NCBI GenBank assembly: GCA_964016885.1
Contig: OZ024743.1
Location: 211,544,001-211,608,000, forward strand
Source of the DNA: Eledone cirrhosa
Lineage: Eukaryota
Length of the DNA: 64,000 nt
Direction: 5' to 3'
In this document: positions 33,901 through 50,800 of the stretch, piece by piece
Numbering within the stretch: the first letter of the stretch is position 1
Layout: every line of letters begins with the position of its first letter
Translations under genes and position numbers: made by a program
The notes under the pieces: generated by a model
Told to the model about the DNA's origin: nothing
The model's input: the letters and a program-made list of their open reading frames with translations, nothing else
The model's database searches: none

Positions 33901-36900
33901 TATACCAGTATTACTGGATATATGTCATATATACCTGGATTACTGGATATATGTCATATATACCAGGATTACTGAATATATGTCATATATACCAGGAATA
34001 CTGGATATATGTCATATATACCAGGATTACTGGATATATGTCATATATACCTGGATTACTGGATATATGTTATATATACCAGGAATACTGGATATATGTC
34101 ATATATAACAGGAATACTGAATATATGTCATATATACTAGGATTACTGGATATGTCATATATACCAGCATTGCTGGATATATGTCATATATACTAGGATT
34201 ACTGGTTATGTCATATATACCAGGATTACTGGATATATCTCATATATACCAGGATTAATGGTTATATGTCATATATACCAGGATTACTGGATATATGTCA
34301 TACATACTAGGATTACTGGATATGTCATATATACCAGGATTACTGGATATATGTCATATATACCAGGATTACTGGATATATGTCATATATATTAGGAGTA
34401 CTGGATATATCTGATATATACCAGGATTACTGGATATATGTCATATATACCAGGATTACTGGATATATGTCATATATACCAGGATTACTGGATATATCTC
34501 ATATATACCAGGATTACTGGATATATGTCATATATACCAGGATTACTTTATATATGTCATATATACCAGGAATACTGGATATATGTCATATATACCAGGA
34601 TTACTGGATATATGTCATATATACCAGTATTACTGGATATATGTCATATATACCTGGATTACTGGATAAATGTCATATATACCAGGATTACTGAATATAT
34701 GTCATATATACCAGGAATATTGGATATATGTCATATATACCAGGATTACTGGATATATCTCATATATACCAGGATTACTGGATATATATCATATATACAA
34801 AGGATTACTGGATATATCTCATATAACAGGATTACTAGATATATCTCATATATCAGGATTACTGGATATATATAATATATATCAGGATTACTGGATATAT
34901 GTCATATACCAGGATTACTGGATATATCTCAGATATACCAGGATTACTGGATATATGACATATATACCAGGATTATTAGATATATGTCATATATACCAGG
35001 ATTACTGGATATGTCATATATACCAGGATTACTGGATATATGTCATATATACTAGGATTACTGGATATGTCATATATACCAGGATTACTGGATATATGTC
35101 ATATATCCAGTAATCCTAGTATATATGACATATATACCAGGATTACTGGATATATCTCATATATACCAGGATTACTGGATATATGTCATATATACCAGGA
35201 TTACTGGATATATGTCATATATACCTGGATTACTGGATATGTCATATATACCAGGATTAATGGATATATGTCATATATATCAGGAATACTGGATATATGT
35301 CATATATACCAGGATTACTGGATATATGTCATATATACCAGGAATACTGAATATATCTCATATACCAGGATTACTGGATATATCTCATATACCAGGATTA
35401 CTGGATATATCTCATATACCAGGATTACTGGATATATCTCATATGCCAGGATTACTGGATATATATCATATATACCAGGATTACTGGATATATGTCATAT
35501 ACCAGGATTACTGGATATATCTCATATATACCAGGATTACTGGATATATGACATACATACCAGGATTATTAGATATATGTCATATATACCAGGATTAGTG
35601 GATATATCTCATATATACCAGGATTACTGGATATATGTCATATATACCAGGATTATTGAATATATGTCATATATACCAGGATTACTGGATATATGTCATA
35701 TATACCAGGATTACTGGATATATGTCATATATACGAGGATTACTGGATATATGTCATATATACCAGGATTATTGGATATATGTCATATATACCAGGATTA
35801 CTGGATATATGTCATATATACCATGAATACTGGATATTACTGGATATATGTCATATATACCAGGATTACTGGATACATGTCATATATACCAGGATTACTG
35901 GATATAAGTCATATATACCTGGATTACTGGATATATGTCATATATAGCAGGAATACTGGATATATGTCATATATACCAGGATTACTGGATATATCTCATA
36001 TATACCAGGATTACTGGATATATGTCATATATACCAGGATTACTGGATATATCTCATATACCAGGATTACTGGATATATCTCATATTCCAAGATTACTGG
36101 ATATATATCATATATACCAGGATTACTGGATATATGACATATATACCAGGATTATTAGATATATGTCATACATACCAGCGTTATTGGATATATCTCATAT
36201 ATACCAGGATTACTGGATACATGTCATATATACCAGGAGTATTGGATGTATGTCATATATACCAGGATTACTGGATATATGTCATATATACCAGGATTAC
36301 TGGATATATGTCATATATACGAGGATTACTGGATATATGTCATATATACCAGTATTATTGGATATATGTCATATATACCAGGATTACTAGATATATGTCA
36401 TATATACCAGGATTACTGTATATATGTCATATATACCAGGATTACTGGATATATCTCATATATACCAGGATTACTGGATATATGTCATATATACCAGGAT
36501 TACTGGATATATGTCATATATACCAGGATTACTGGATATATGTCATATATACCAGGATTTCTGGATATATCTCATATATACCAGGATTACTGGATATATG
36601 TCATATATCCAGTAATCCTAGTATATATGACATATATACCAGGATTACTGGATATATGTCATATATACCAGGATTACTGGATATATGTCATATATAGCAG
36701 GATTACTGCATATATGTCATATATACCAGGATTACTGGATATATGTCATATACACCAGGATTTTTGCATATATGTCATATATACCAGTATTACTGGATAT
36801 ATGTCATATATACTAGGATTACTGGATATATCTCATATATACCAGGTTTACTGGATATATGTCATATATACCAGGATTACTGGATATATGTCATATATAC

Positions 36901-38282
36901 CAGGATTACTAGATATATCTCATATAGACCAGGATTACTGGATATATGTCATATATACCAGGAATACTGGATATATGTAATATATACCAGGATTACTGGA
37001 TATATGTCATATATACCAGGATTACTGGATATATGTCATATATACCAGTATTACTGGATATATGTCATATACACCTGGATTACTGGATATATGTCATATA
37101 TACCAGGATTACTCGATATATGTCATATATACCAGGATTACTGGATATATGTCATATATACTAGGATTACTGGATATGTCATATATACCAGGATGACTGG
37201 ATATATGTCATATATACCAGGATTACTGGATATATGTCATATATACTAGGAGTACTGGATATATCTGATATATACCAGGATTACTGGATATATGTCATAT
37301 ATACCAGGATTACTGGATATATATCATATATACCAGGATTACTGGATATATCTCATATATACCAGGATTACTGGATATATGTCATATATACCAGGATTAC
37401 TTTATATATGTCATATATACCAGGAATACTGGATATATGTCATATATACCAGGATTACTGGATATATGTCATATATACCAGTATTACTGGATATATGTCA
37501 TATATACCTGGATTACTGGATATATGTCATATATACCAGGATTACTGAATATATGTCATATATACCAGGAATACTGGATATATGTCATATATACCAGGAT
37601 TACTGGATATATCTCATATATACCAGGATTACTGGATATATGTCATATATACAAGGATTACTGGATATATCTCATATACCAGGATTACTGGATATATCTC
37701 ATATACCAGGATTACTGGATATATCTCATATATCAGGATTACTGGTTATATATCATATATACCAGGATTACTGGATATATGTCATATACCAGGATTACTG
37801 GATATATCTCAGATATACCAGGATTACTGGATATATGACATATATACCAGGATTATTAGATATATGTCATATATACCAGGATTACTGGATATGTCATATA
37901 TACCAGGATTACTGGATATATGTCATATATACTAGGATTACTGGATATGTCATATATACCAGGATTACTGGATATATGTCATATATCCAGTAATCCTAGT
38001 ATATATGACATATATACCAGGATTACTGGATATATGTCATATACCAGGATTACTGGATATATCTCAGATATACCAGGATTACTGGATATATGTCATATAT
38101 ACCAGGATTAGTGGATATATGTCATATACACCAGGATTACTGGATATATCTCATACATACCAGGATTACTGGATATATGTCATATATACCAGGATTACTG
38201 GATATATGTCATATATACCAGGATTACTGGATATATCTCATATATACCAGGATTACTGGATATATGTCATATATACCAGGAT

Positions 38283-38380
38283 CGCCGAGGTTGACTTTGC
38301 CTTTCATCCTTACGGTTCGATAAAATAAAGTACCAGTAATGCACTGGGTAATTGCTGGCCTTGTGCCTAAAGTAGAAACA
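38283..38380 (+). mobile_element. 98-bp non-satellite insert, copy 1; probable truncated SINE fragment
   Basis: CGCCGAGGTTGACTTTGCCTTTCATCCTTACGGTTCGATAAAATAAAGTACCAGTAATGCACTGGGTAATTGCTGGCCTTGTGCCTAAAGTAGAAACA interrupts a monomer as CCAGG-AT[insert]AT-TATTGG. The insert itself is certain; the SINE identity is recalled similarity only. Confidence 0.7.
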
Positions 38381-41300
38381 ATTATTGGATATATGTCATA
38401 TATACCAGGATTACTGGATATATCTCATATATACCAGGATTAGTGGATATATGTCATATATACCAGGATTAGTGGATATATGTCATATATACCAGGATTA
38501 CTGGATATATCTCATACATACCAGGATTACTGGATATATGTCATATATACCAGGATTACTGGATATATGTCATAAATACCAGGATTACTGGATATATGTC
38601 ATATATACCAGGATTACTGGATATATGTCATATATACCAGGATTACTGGATATATGTCATATACCAGGATTACTGGATATATCTCATATATACCAGGATT
38701 ACTGGATATATGACATACATACCAGGATTATTAGATATATGTCATATATACCAGGATTAGTGGATATATCTCATATATACCAGGATTACTGGATATATGT
38801 CATATATACCAGGATTATTGAATATATGTCATATATACCAGGATTACTGGATATATGTCATATATACCAGGATTACTGGATATATGTCATATATACGAGG
38901 ATTACTGGATATATGTCATATATACCAGGATTATTGGATATATGTCATATATACCAGGATTACTGGATATATGTCATATATACCATGAATACTGGATATT
39001 ACTGGATATATGTCATATATACCAGGATTACTGGATACATGTCATATATACCAGGATTACTGGATATAAGTCATATATACCTGGATTACTGGATATATGT
39101 CATATATAGCAGGAATACTGGATATATGTCATATATACCAGGATTACTGGATATATCTCATATATACCAGGATTACTGGATATATGTCATATATACCAGG
39201 ATTACTGGATATATCTCATATACCAGGATTACTGGATATATCTCATATTCCAAGATTACTGGATATATATCATATATACCAGGATTACTGGATATATGAC
39301 ATATATACCAGGATTATTAGATATATGTCATACATACCAGCGTTATTGGATATATCTCATATATACCAGGATTACTGGATACATGTCATATATACCAGGA
39401 GTATTGGATGTATGTCATATATACCAGGATTACTGGATATATGTCATATATACCAGGATTACTGGATATATGTCATATATACGAGGATTACTGGATATAT
39501 GTCATATATACCAGTATTATTGGATATATGTCATATATACCAGGATTACTAGATATATGTCATATATACCAGGATTACTGTATATATGTCATATATACCA
39601 GGATTACTGGATATATCTCATATATACCAGGATTACTGGATATATGTCATATATACCAGGATTACTGGATATATGTCATATATACCAGGATTACTGGATA
39701 TATGTCATATATACCAGGATTTCTGGATATATCTCATATATACCAGGATTACTGGATATATGTCATATATCCAGTAATCCTAGTATATATGACATATATA
39801 CCAGGATTACTGGATATATGTCATATATACCAGGATTACTGGATATATGTCATATATAGCAGGATTACTGCATATATGTCATATATACCAGGATTACTGG
39901 ATATATGTCATATACACCAGGATTTTTGCATATATGTCATATATACCAGTATTACTGGATATATGTCATATATACTAGGATTACTGGATATATCTCATAT
40001 ATACCAGGTTTACTGGATATATGTCATATATACCAGGATTACTGGATATATGTCATATATACCAGGATTACTAGATATATCTCATATAGACCAGGATTAC
40101 TGGATATATGTCATATATACCAGGAATACTGGATATATGTAATATATACCAGGATTACTGGATATATGTCATATATACCAGGATTACTGGATATATGTCA
40201 TATATACCAGGATTACTGGATATATGTCATATACACCTGGATTACTGGATATATGTCATATATACCAGGATTACTCGATATATGTCATATATACCAGGAT
40301 TACTGGATATATGTCATATATACTAGGATTACTGGATATGTCATATATACCAGGATGACTGGATATATGTCATATATACCAGGATTACTGGATATATGTC
40401 ATATATACTAGGAGTACTGGATATATCTGATATATACCAGGATTACTGGATATATGTCATATATACCAGGATTACTGGATATATATCATATATACCAGGA
40501 TTACTGGATATATCTCATATATACCAGGATTACTGGATATATGTCATATATACCAGGATTACTTTATATATGTCATATATACCAGGAATACTGGATATAT
40601 GTCATATATACCAGGATTACTGGATATATGTCATATATACCAGTATTACTGGATATATGTCATATATACCTGGATTACTGGATATATGTCATATATACCA
40701 GGATTACTGAATATATGTCATATATACCAGGAATACTGGATATATGTCATATATACCAGGATTACTGGATATATCTCATATATACCAGGATTACTGGATA
40801 TATGTCATATATACAAGGATTACTGGATATATCTCATATACCAGGATTACTGGATATATCTCATATACCAGGATTACTGGATATATCTCATATATCAGGA
40901 TTACTGGTTATATATCATATATACCAGGATTACTGGATATATGTCATATACCAGGATTACTGGATATATCTCAGATATACCAGGATTACTGGATATATGA
41001 CATATATACCAGGATTATTAGATATATGTCATATATACCAGGATTACTGGATATGTCATATATACCAGGATTACTGGATATATGTCATATATACTAGGAT
41101 TACTGGATATGTCATATATACCAGGATTACTGGATATATGTCATATATCCAGTAATCCTAGTATATATGACATATATACCAGGATTACTGGATATATGTC
41201 ATATACCAGGATTACTGGATATATCTCAGATATACCAGGATTACTGGATATATGTCATATATACCAGGATTAGTGGATATATGTCATATACACCAGGATT

Positions 41301-41445
41301 ACTGGATATATCTCATACATACCAGGATTACTGGATATATGTCATATATACCCAGGATTACTGGATATATGTCATATATACCAGGATTACTGGATATATC
41401 TCATATATACCAGGATTACTGGATATATGTCATATATACCAGGAT

Positions 41446-41543
41446 CGCCGAGGTTGACTTTGCCTTTCATCCTTACGGTTCGATAAAATAAAGTACCAGT
41501 AATGCACTGGGTAATTGCTGGCCTTGTGCCTAAAGTAGAAACA
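41446..41543 (+). mobile_element. 98-bp insert, copy 2 (same sequence as copy 1)
   Basis: Same sequence and junctions; 3,163 bp downstream of copy 1 within a tandem duplication. Confidence 0.7.
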
Positions 41544-44500
41544 ATTATTGGATATATGTCATATATACCAGGATTACTGGATATATCTCATATATACCAG
41601 GATTAGTGGATATATGTCATATATACCAGGATTAGTGGATATATGTCATATATACCAGGATTACTGGATATATCTCATACATACCAGGATTACTGGATAT
41701 ATGTCATATATACCAGAATTACTGGATATATGTCATAAATACCAGGATTACTGGATATATCTCATATATACCAGGATTACTGGATATATGTCATATATAC
41801 CAGGATTACTGGATATATGTCATAATATACCAGGATTACTGGATATATGTCATATATACCAGGATTACTGGATATATGTCATATAGACTAGGATTACTGG
41901 ATATATGTCATATGTACCAGGATTACTGGATATATGCCATATATACCAGGATTACTGGATATATCTCATACATACCAGGATTACTGGATATATGTCATAT
42001 ATACCAGGATTACTGGATATATGTCATATATACCAGGATTACTGGATATATCTCATATATACCAGGATTAGTGGTTATATGTCATATATACCAGGATTAC
42101 TGGATATATGTCATATATCCAGTAATCCTAGTATATATGACATGTATACCAGGATTACTGGATTATATCTCATATATACCAGGATTACTGGATATATGTC
42201 ATATATACCAGGATTACTGGATATATGTCATATATACCTGGATTACTGGATATGTCATATATACCAGGATTAATGGATATATGTCATATATATCAGGAAT
42301 ACTGGATATATGTCATATATACCAGGATTACTGGATATATGTCATATATACCAGGAATACTGAATATATCTCATATACCAGGATTACTGGATATATCTCA
42401 TATACAAGGATTACTGGATATATCTCATATACCAGGATTACTGGATATATCTCATATGCCAGGATTACTGGATATATATCATATATACCAGGATTACTGG
42501 ATATATGTCATATACCAGGATTACTGGATATATCTCATATATACCAGGATTACTGGATATATGACATACATACCAGGATTATTAGATATATGTCATATAT
42601 ACCAGGATTACTGGATATATCTCATATATACCAGGATTACTGGATATATGTCATATATACCAGGATTATTGAATATATGTCATATATACCAGGATTACTG
42701 GATATATGTCATATATACCAGGATTACTGGATATATGTCATATATACGAGGATTACTGGATATATGTCATATATACCAGGATTATTGGATATATGTCATA
42801 TATACCAGGATTACTGGATATATGTCATATATACCATGAATACTGGATATTACTGGATATATGTCATATATACCAGGATTACTGGATATATGTCATATAT
42901 ACCAGGATTACTGGATATAAGTCATATATACCTGGATTACTGGATATATGTCATATATAGCAGGAATACTGGATATATGTCATATATACCAGGATTACTG
43001 GATATATCTCATATATACCAGGATTACTGGATATATGTCATATATACCAGGATTACTGGATATATCTCATATACCAGGATTACTGGATATATCTCATATT
43101 CCAAGATTACTGGATGTATATCATATATACCAGGATTACTGGATATATGACATATATACCAGGATTATTAGATATATGTCATACATACCAGCGTTATTGG
43201 ATATATCTCATATATACCAGGATTACTGGATACATGTCATATATACCAGGAGTATTGGATGTATGTCATATATACCAGGATTACTGGATATATGTCATAT
43301 ATACCAGGATTACTGGATATATGTCATATATACGAGGATTACTGGATATATGTCATATATACCAGTATTATTGGATATATGTCATATATACCAGGATTAC
43401 TGGATATATGTCATATATACCAGGATTACTGTATATATGTCATATATACCAGGATTACTGGATATATCTCATACATACCAGGATTACTGGATATATGTCA
43501 TATATACCAGGATTACTGGATATATGTCATATATACCAGGATTACTAGATATATCTCATATAGACCAGGATTACTGGATATATGTCATATATACCAGGAA
43601 TACTGGATATATGTAATATATACCAGGATTATTGGATATATGTCATATATACCAGGATTACTGGATATATGTCATATATACCAGGATTACTGGATATATG
43701 TCATATACACCTGGATTACTGGATATATGTCATATATACCAGGATTACTCGATATATGTCATATATACCAGGATTACTGGATATATGTCATATATACTAG
43801 GATTACTGGATATGTCATATATACCAGGATGACTGGATATATGTCATATATACCAGGATTACTGGATATAATGTCATATATACTAGGATTACTGGATATA
43901 TCTGATATATACCAGGATTACTGGATATATGTCATATATACCAGGATTACTGGATATATGTCATATATACCAGGATTACTGGATATATCTCATATATAAC
44001 AGGATTACTGGATATATGTCATATATACCAGGATTACTTTATATATGTCATATATACCAGGAATACTGGATATATGTCATATATACCAGGATTACTGGAT
44101 ATATGTCATATATACCAGTATTACTGGATATATGTCATATATACCTGGATTACTGGATATATGTCATATATACCAGGATTACTGAATATATGTCATATAT
44201 ACCAGGAATACTGGATATATGTCATATATACCAGGATTACTGGATATATCTCATATATACCAGGATTACTGGATATATGTCATATATACAAGGATTACTG
44301 GATATATCTCATATACCAGGATTACTGGATATATCTCATATACCAGGATTACTGGATATATCTCATATATCAGGATTACTGGATATATATCATATATACC
44401 AGGATTACTGGATATATGTCATATACCAGGATTATTGGATATATCTCAGATATACCAGGATTACTGGATATATGACATATATACCAGGATTATTAGATAT

Positions 44501-44749
44501 ATGTCATATATACCAGGATTACTGGATATGTCATATATACCAGGATTACTGGATATATGTCATATATACCAGGATTAGTGGATATATGTCATATACACCA
44601 GGATTACTGGATATATCTCATACATACCAGGATTACTGGATATATGTCATATATACCAGGATTACTGGATATATGTCATATATACCAGGATTACTGGATA
44701 TATCTCATATATACCAGGATTACTGGATATATGTCATATATACCAGGAT

Positions 44750-44848
44750 CGCCGAGGTTGACTTTGCCTTTCATCCTTACGGGGTCGATAAAATAAAGTA
44801 CCAGTAATGCACTGGGTAATTGCTGGCCTTGTGCCTAAAGTAGAAACA
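44750..44848 (+). mobile_element. 99-bp insert, copy 3 (TACGGGGTCG allele)
   Basis: Same junctions; carries GGGGTCG in place of GGTTCG. Confidence 0.7.
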
Positions 44849-47800
44849 ATTATTGGATATATGTCATATATACCAGGATTACTGGATATATCTCATATAT
44901 ACCAGGATTAGTGGATATATGTCATATATACCAGGATTACTGGATATATCTCATACATACCAGGATTACTGGATATATCTCATATATACCAGGATTAGTG
45001 GATATATGTCATATATACCAGGATTACTGGATATATCTCATACATACCAGGATTACTGGATATATATCATATATACCAGGATTACTGGATATATGTCATA
45101 TATACCAGGATTACTGGATATATCTCATATATACCAGGATTACTGGATATATGTCATATATACCAGGATTACTGGATATATGTCATATATACCAGGATTA
45201 CTGGATATATGTCATATATACCAGGATTACTGGATATATGTCATATAGACTAGGATTACTGGATATATGTCATATGTACCAGGATTACTGGATATATGCC
45301 ATATATACCAGGATTACTGGATATATCTCATACATACCAGGATTAATGGATATATGTCATATATACCAGGATTACTGGATATATGTCATATATACCAGGA
45401 TTACTGGATATATCTCATATATACCAGGATTACTGGATATATGTCATATATACCAGGATTATTGGATATATGTCATATATACCAGGATTACTGGATATAT
45501 CTCATATATACCAGGATTAGTGGATATATGTCATATATACCAGGATTACTGGATATATCTCATACATACCAGGATTACTGGATATATGTCATATATACCA
45601 GGATTGCTGGATATATGTCATATATACCAGGATTACTGGATATATGTCATATATACCAGGATTACTGGATATATGTCATATATACCAGGATTACTGGATA
45701 TATGTCATATATACCAGGATTACTGGATATATGTCATATAGACTAGGATTACTGGATATATGTCATATGTACCAGGATTACTGGATATATGCCATATATA
45801 CCAGGATTACTGGATATATCTCATATATATCAGGATTACTTGATATATTCTTATATATACCAAGAATACTGGATATATGTCATATATACCAGGATTACTG
45901 GATATATGTAATATATACCAAGATTACTAGATATATGTCATATATACCAGGATTACTGGATATATCCCATATATACCAGGATTACTGGATATATGTCATA
46001 TATACCAGGAATACTGGATATATGTCATATATACCAGGATTACTGGATATACCTCACATATACCTGGATTACTGGATATGTCATATATACCAGGATTACT
46101 GGATATATGTCATATATATCAGGAATACTGGATATATGTCATATATACCAGGATTACTGGATATATGTCATATATACCAGGATTACTGAATATATCTCAT
46201 ATACCAGGATTACTGGATATATCTCATATACAAGGATTACTGGATATATCTCATATACCAGGATTACTGGATATATCTCATATGCCAGGATTACTGGATA
46301 TATATCATATATACCAGGATTACTGGATATATGTCATATACCAGGATTACTGGATATATCTCATATATACCAGGATTACTGGATATATGACATACATACC
46401 AGGATTATTAGATATATGTCATATATACCAGGATTACTGGATATATCTCATATATACCAGGATTACTGGATATATGTCATATATACCAGGATTATTGAAT
46501 ATATGTCATATATACCAGGATTACTGGATATATGTCATATATACCAGGATTACTGGATATATGTCATATATACGAAGATTACTGGATATATGTCATATAT
46601 ACCACGATTATTGGATATATGTCATATATACCAGGATTACTGGATATATGTCATATACCAGGATTACTGGATATATCTCATATATACCAGGATTACTGGA
46701 TATATGACATACATACAAGGATTATTAGATATATGTCATATATACCAGGATTACTGGATATATGTCATATATACCAGGATTACTGGATATATGTCATATA
46801 TACCAGGATTACTGGATATATCTCATATATACCAGGATTACTGGATATATGTCATATATACCAGGATTACTGGATATATCTCATATACCAGGATTACTGG
46901 ATATATCTCATATTCCAGGATTACTGGATATATATCATATATACGAGGATTACTGGATATATATCATATATACCAGGATTACTGGATATATGTCATATAT
47001 ACCAGCAATACTGTATATATGTCATATATACCAGGATTACTGGATATATCTCATATATACGAGGATTACTGGATATATGTAATATATACGAGGATTACTG
47101 GATATATCTCATATACCAGGATTACTGGATATATCTCATATACCAGGATTACTGGATATATATCATATATACCAGGTTTACTGGATATATGTCATATACC
47201 AGGATTACTGGATATATCTCATATATACCAAGATTACTGGATATATGACATATATACCAGGATTATTAGATATATGTCATATATACCAGGATTACTGGAA
47301 ATATGTCATATATACCAGGATTACTGGATATATGTCATATATACTAGGATTACTGGATATGTCATATATACCAGGATTACTGGATATATGTCATATAGAC
47401 CAGGATTACTGGATATATGTCATATCTACCAGGATTACTGGATATATGTCATATATACCAGGATTACTGGATATATGTCATATATACCAGGATTACTGGA
47501 TATATGTCATATATACCTGGATTACTGGATATATGTCATATATACCAGAATTACTGGATATATGTCATATATACCAGGATTAATGGATATATCTCACATA
47601 TACCAGGATTACTGGATATATGTCATATATACCAAGAATACTGGATATATGTCATATATACCAGGATAACTGGATATATCTCATATATACCAGGATTACT
47701 GGATATATGTCATATATACCATGAATAATGGATATATGTCATATAGACCAGGATTACTGGATATATGTCATATATACCAGGATTACTGGATATATGTCAT

Positions 47801-50800
47801 ATATACCAGGATTACTGGATATATGTCATATATACCTGGATTACTGGATATATGTCATATATACCAAGAATGCTGGATATATGTCATATATACCAGGATC
47901 ACTGGATATATCTCATATATACCAGGATTACTGGATATATGTCATATATACCAGGAATACTGGATATATGTCTTATATACCAGGATTACTGGATATATCT
48001 CATATATACCAGGATTACTGGATATATGTCATATATACCAGGATTACTGGATATATGTCATATATACCTGGATTACTGGATATATGTCATATATACAGGA
48101 TTACTGGATATATGTCATATATACCTGGATTACTGGATATATGTCATATATACCAGGAATACTGGATATATGTCATATATACCAGGATTACTGGATATAT
48201 CTCATATATACCAGGATTACTGGATATATGTCATATATACCAGGAATACTGGATATATGTCATATATACGAGGATTACTGGATATATCTCATATATACCA
48301 GGATTACTGGATATATGTCATATATACCAGGAATACTGGATATATGTCATATATACCAGGATTACTGGATATATCTCATATATACCAGGATTACTGGATA
48401 TATGTCATATATACCAGGATTATTGGATATATGTCATATATACCTGGATTACTGAATATATGTCATATATACAGGATTACTGGATATATGTCATATATAC
48501 CAGGATTACTGGATATATCTCATATATACCAGGATTACTGGATATATGTCATATATACCAGGATTACAGGATATATCTCATATACCAGGATTACTGGATA
48601 TATCTCATATACCAGGATTACTGGATATATCTCATATACCAGGATTACTGTATATATATCATATATACCAGGATTACTGGATATATGTCATATACCAGGA
48701 TTACTGGATATATGTCATATATACCAGGATTACCGGATATATGTCATATATACCAGGATTACTGGATATATGTCATATATACTTGGATTACTGGATATAT
48801 GTCATATATACCAGAATTACTGGATATATGTCATATATACCAGGATTACTGGATATATCTCACATATACCAGGATTACTGGATATATGTAATATATACCA
48901 GGAATACTGGATATATGTCATATATACCAGGATTACTGGATATATCTCATATATACCAGGATTACTGGTTATATGTCATATATACCATGAATACTGGATA
49001 TATGTCATATAGACCAGGATTACTGGATATATGTCATATATACCAGGATTACTAGACATATGTCATATATACAAGGATTACTGGATATATGTCATATATA
49101 CCAGGATTACTGGATATATGTCATATATACCAGAATTACTGGATATATGTCATATATACCAGGAATACTGGATATATGTCATATATACCAGGATTACTGG
49201 ATATATCTCATATATACCAGGATTACTGGATATATGTCATATATACCAGGATTAATGAATATATGTCATATATACTAGGATTACGGTATATATGTCATAT
49301 ATACCAGGATTACAGGATATATGTCATATATACCAGGATTACTGGATATATGTCATATATACTAGGATTACTGGATATATCTGATATATACCAGGATTAC
49401 TGGATATATGTCATATATACCAGGATTACTGGATATATGTCATATATACCAGGATTACTGGATATATCTCATAAATACCAGGATTACTGGATATATGTCA
49501 TATATACCAGGATTACTGGATATATGTCATATATACCAGGAATACTGGATATATGTCGTATATACCAGGATTACTGGATATATGTCATATATACCAGGAT
49601 TACTGGATATATGTCATATATACCTGGATTACTGGATATATGTCATATATACCAGGATTACTGAATATATGTCATATATACCAGGAATATTGGATATATG
49701 TCACATATACCAGGATTACTGAATATGTCTCATATATAGCAGGATTACTGGATATATGTCATATATACTAGGATTACTGGATATATCTCATATACTAGGA
49801 TTACTGGATATATCTCATATACCAGGATTACTGGATATATCTCATATACCAGGATTACTGGATATATATCATATATACCAGGATTACTGGATATATGTCA
49901 TATACCAGGATTACTGGATATATCTCAGATATACCAGAATTACTGGATATATGACATATATACCAGGATTATTTGATATATGTCATATATATCAGGATTA
50001 CTGGATATATGTCATATATACTAGGATTACTGGATATGTCATATATACCAGGATTACTGGATATATGTCATATATACCAGGATTACTGGATATATGTCAT
50101 ATATCCAGTAATCCTAGTATATATGACATATATACCAGGATTTCTGGATATATGTCATATATCCAGTAATCCTAGTATATATGACATACATACCAGGATT
50201 ACTGGATATATCTCAGATATACCAGGATTACTGGATATATGTCATATATACCAGGATTAGTGGATATATGTCATATACACCAGGATTACTGGATATATCT
50301 CATACATACCAGGATTACTGGATATATGTCATATATACCAGGATTACTGGATATATGTCATATATACCAGGATTACTGGATATATCTCATATATACCAGG
50401 ATTACTGGATATATGTCATATATACCAGGATTACTGGATATATGTCATATATACCAGGATTAGTGGATATATGTCATATATACCAGGATTACTGGATATA
50501 TCTCATACATACCAGGATTACTGGATATATGTCATATATACCAGGATTACTGGATATATGTCATATATACCAGGATTACTGGATATATGTCATATATACC
50601 AGGATTACTGGATATATGTCATATATACCAGGATTACTGGATATATGTCATATATAACAGGATTACTGGATATATGTCATATAGACTAGGATTACTGGAT
50701 ATATGTCATATGTAGCAGGATTACTGGATATATGCCATATATACCAGGATTACTGGATATATGTCATATATACCAGGATTACTGGATATATTCTTATATA

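Larger units (their letters stand above)
35480..41750 (+). repeat. Near-perfect 3,162-bp tandem duplication carrying insert copies 1 and 2
   Basis: ORFs from 35635 to 38090 each have a twin exactly 3,162 bp downstream (38797 to 41252). Confidence 0.93.

Noticed and set aside
38005-38328. ORFs ending in a unique tail (RIAEVDFAFHPYGSIK or GVDKIKYQ)
   Set aside because: These are read-through into the non-coding insert; the two alleles differ by a frameshift and no domain is recognisable.
38283-38380. Insert as a tRNA, other ncRNA gene or MITE
   Set aside because: No cloverleaf, no A/B boxes and no terminal inverted repeats are visible.
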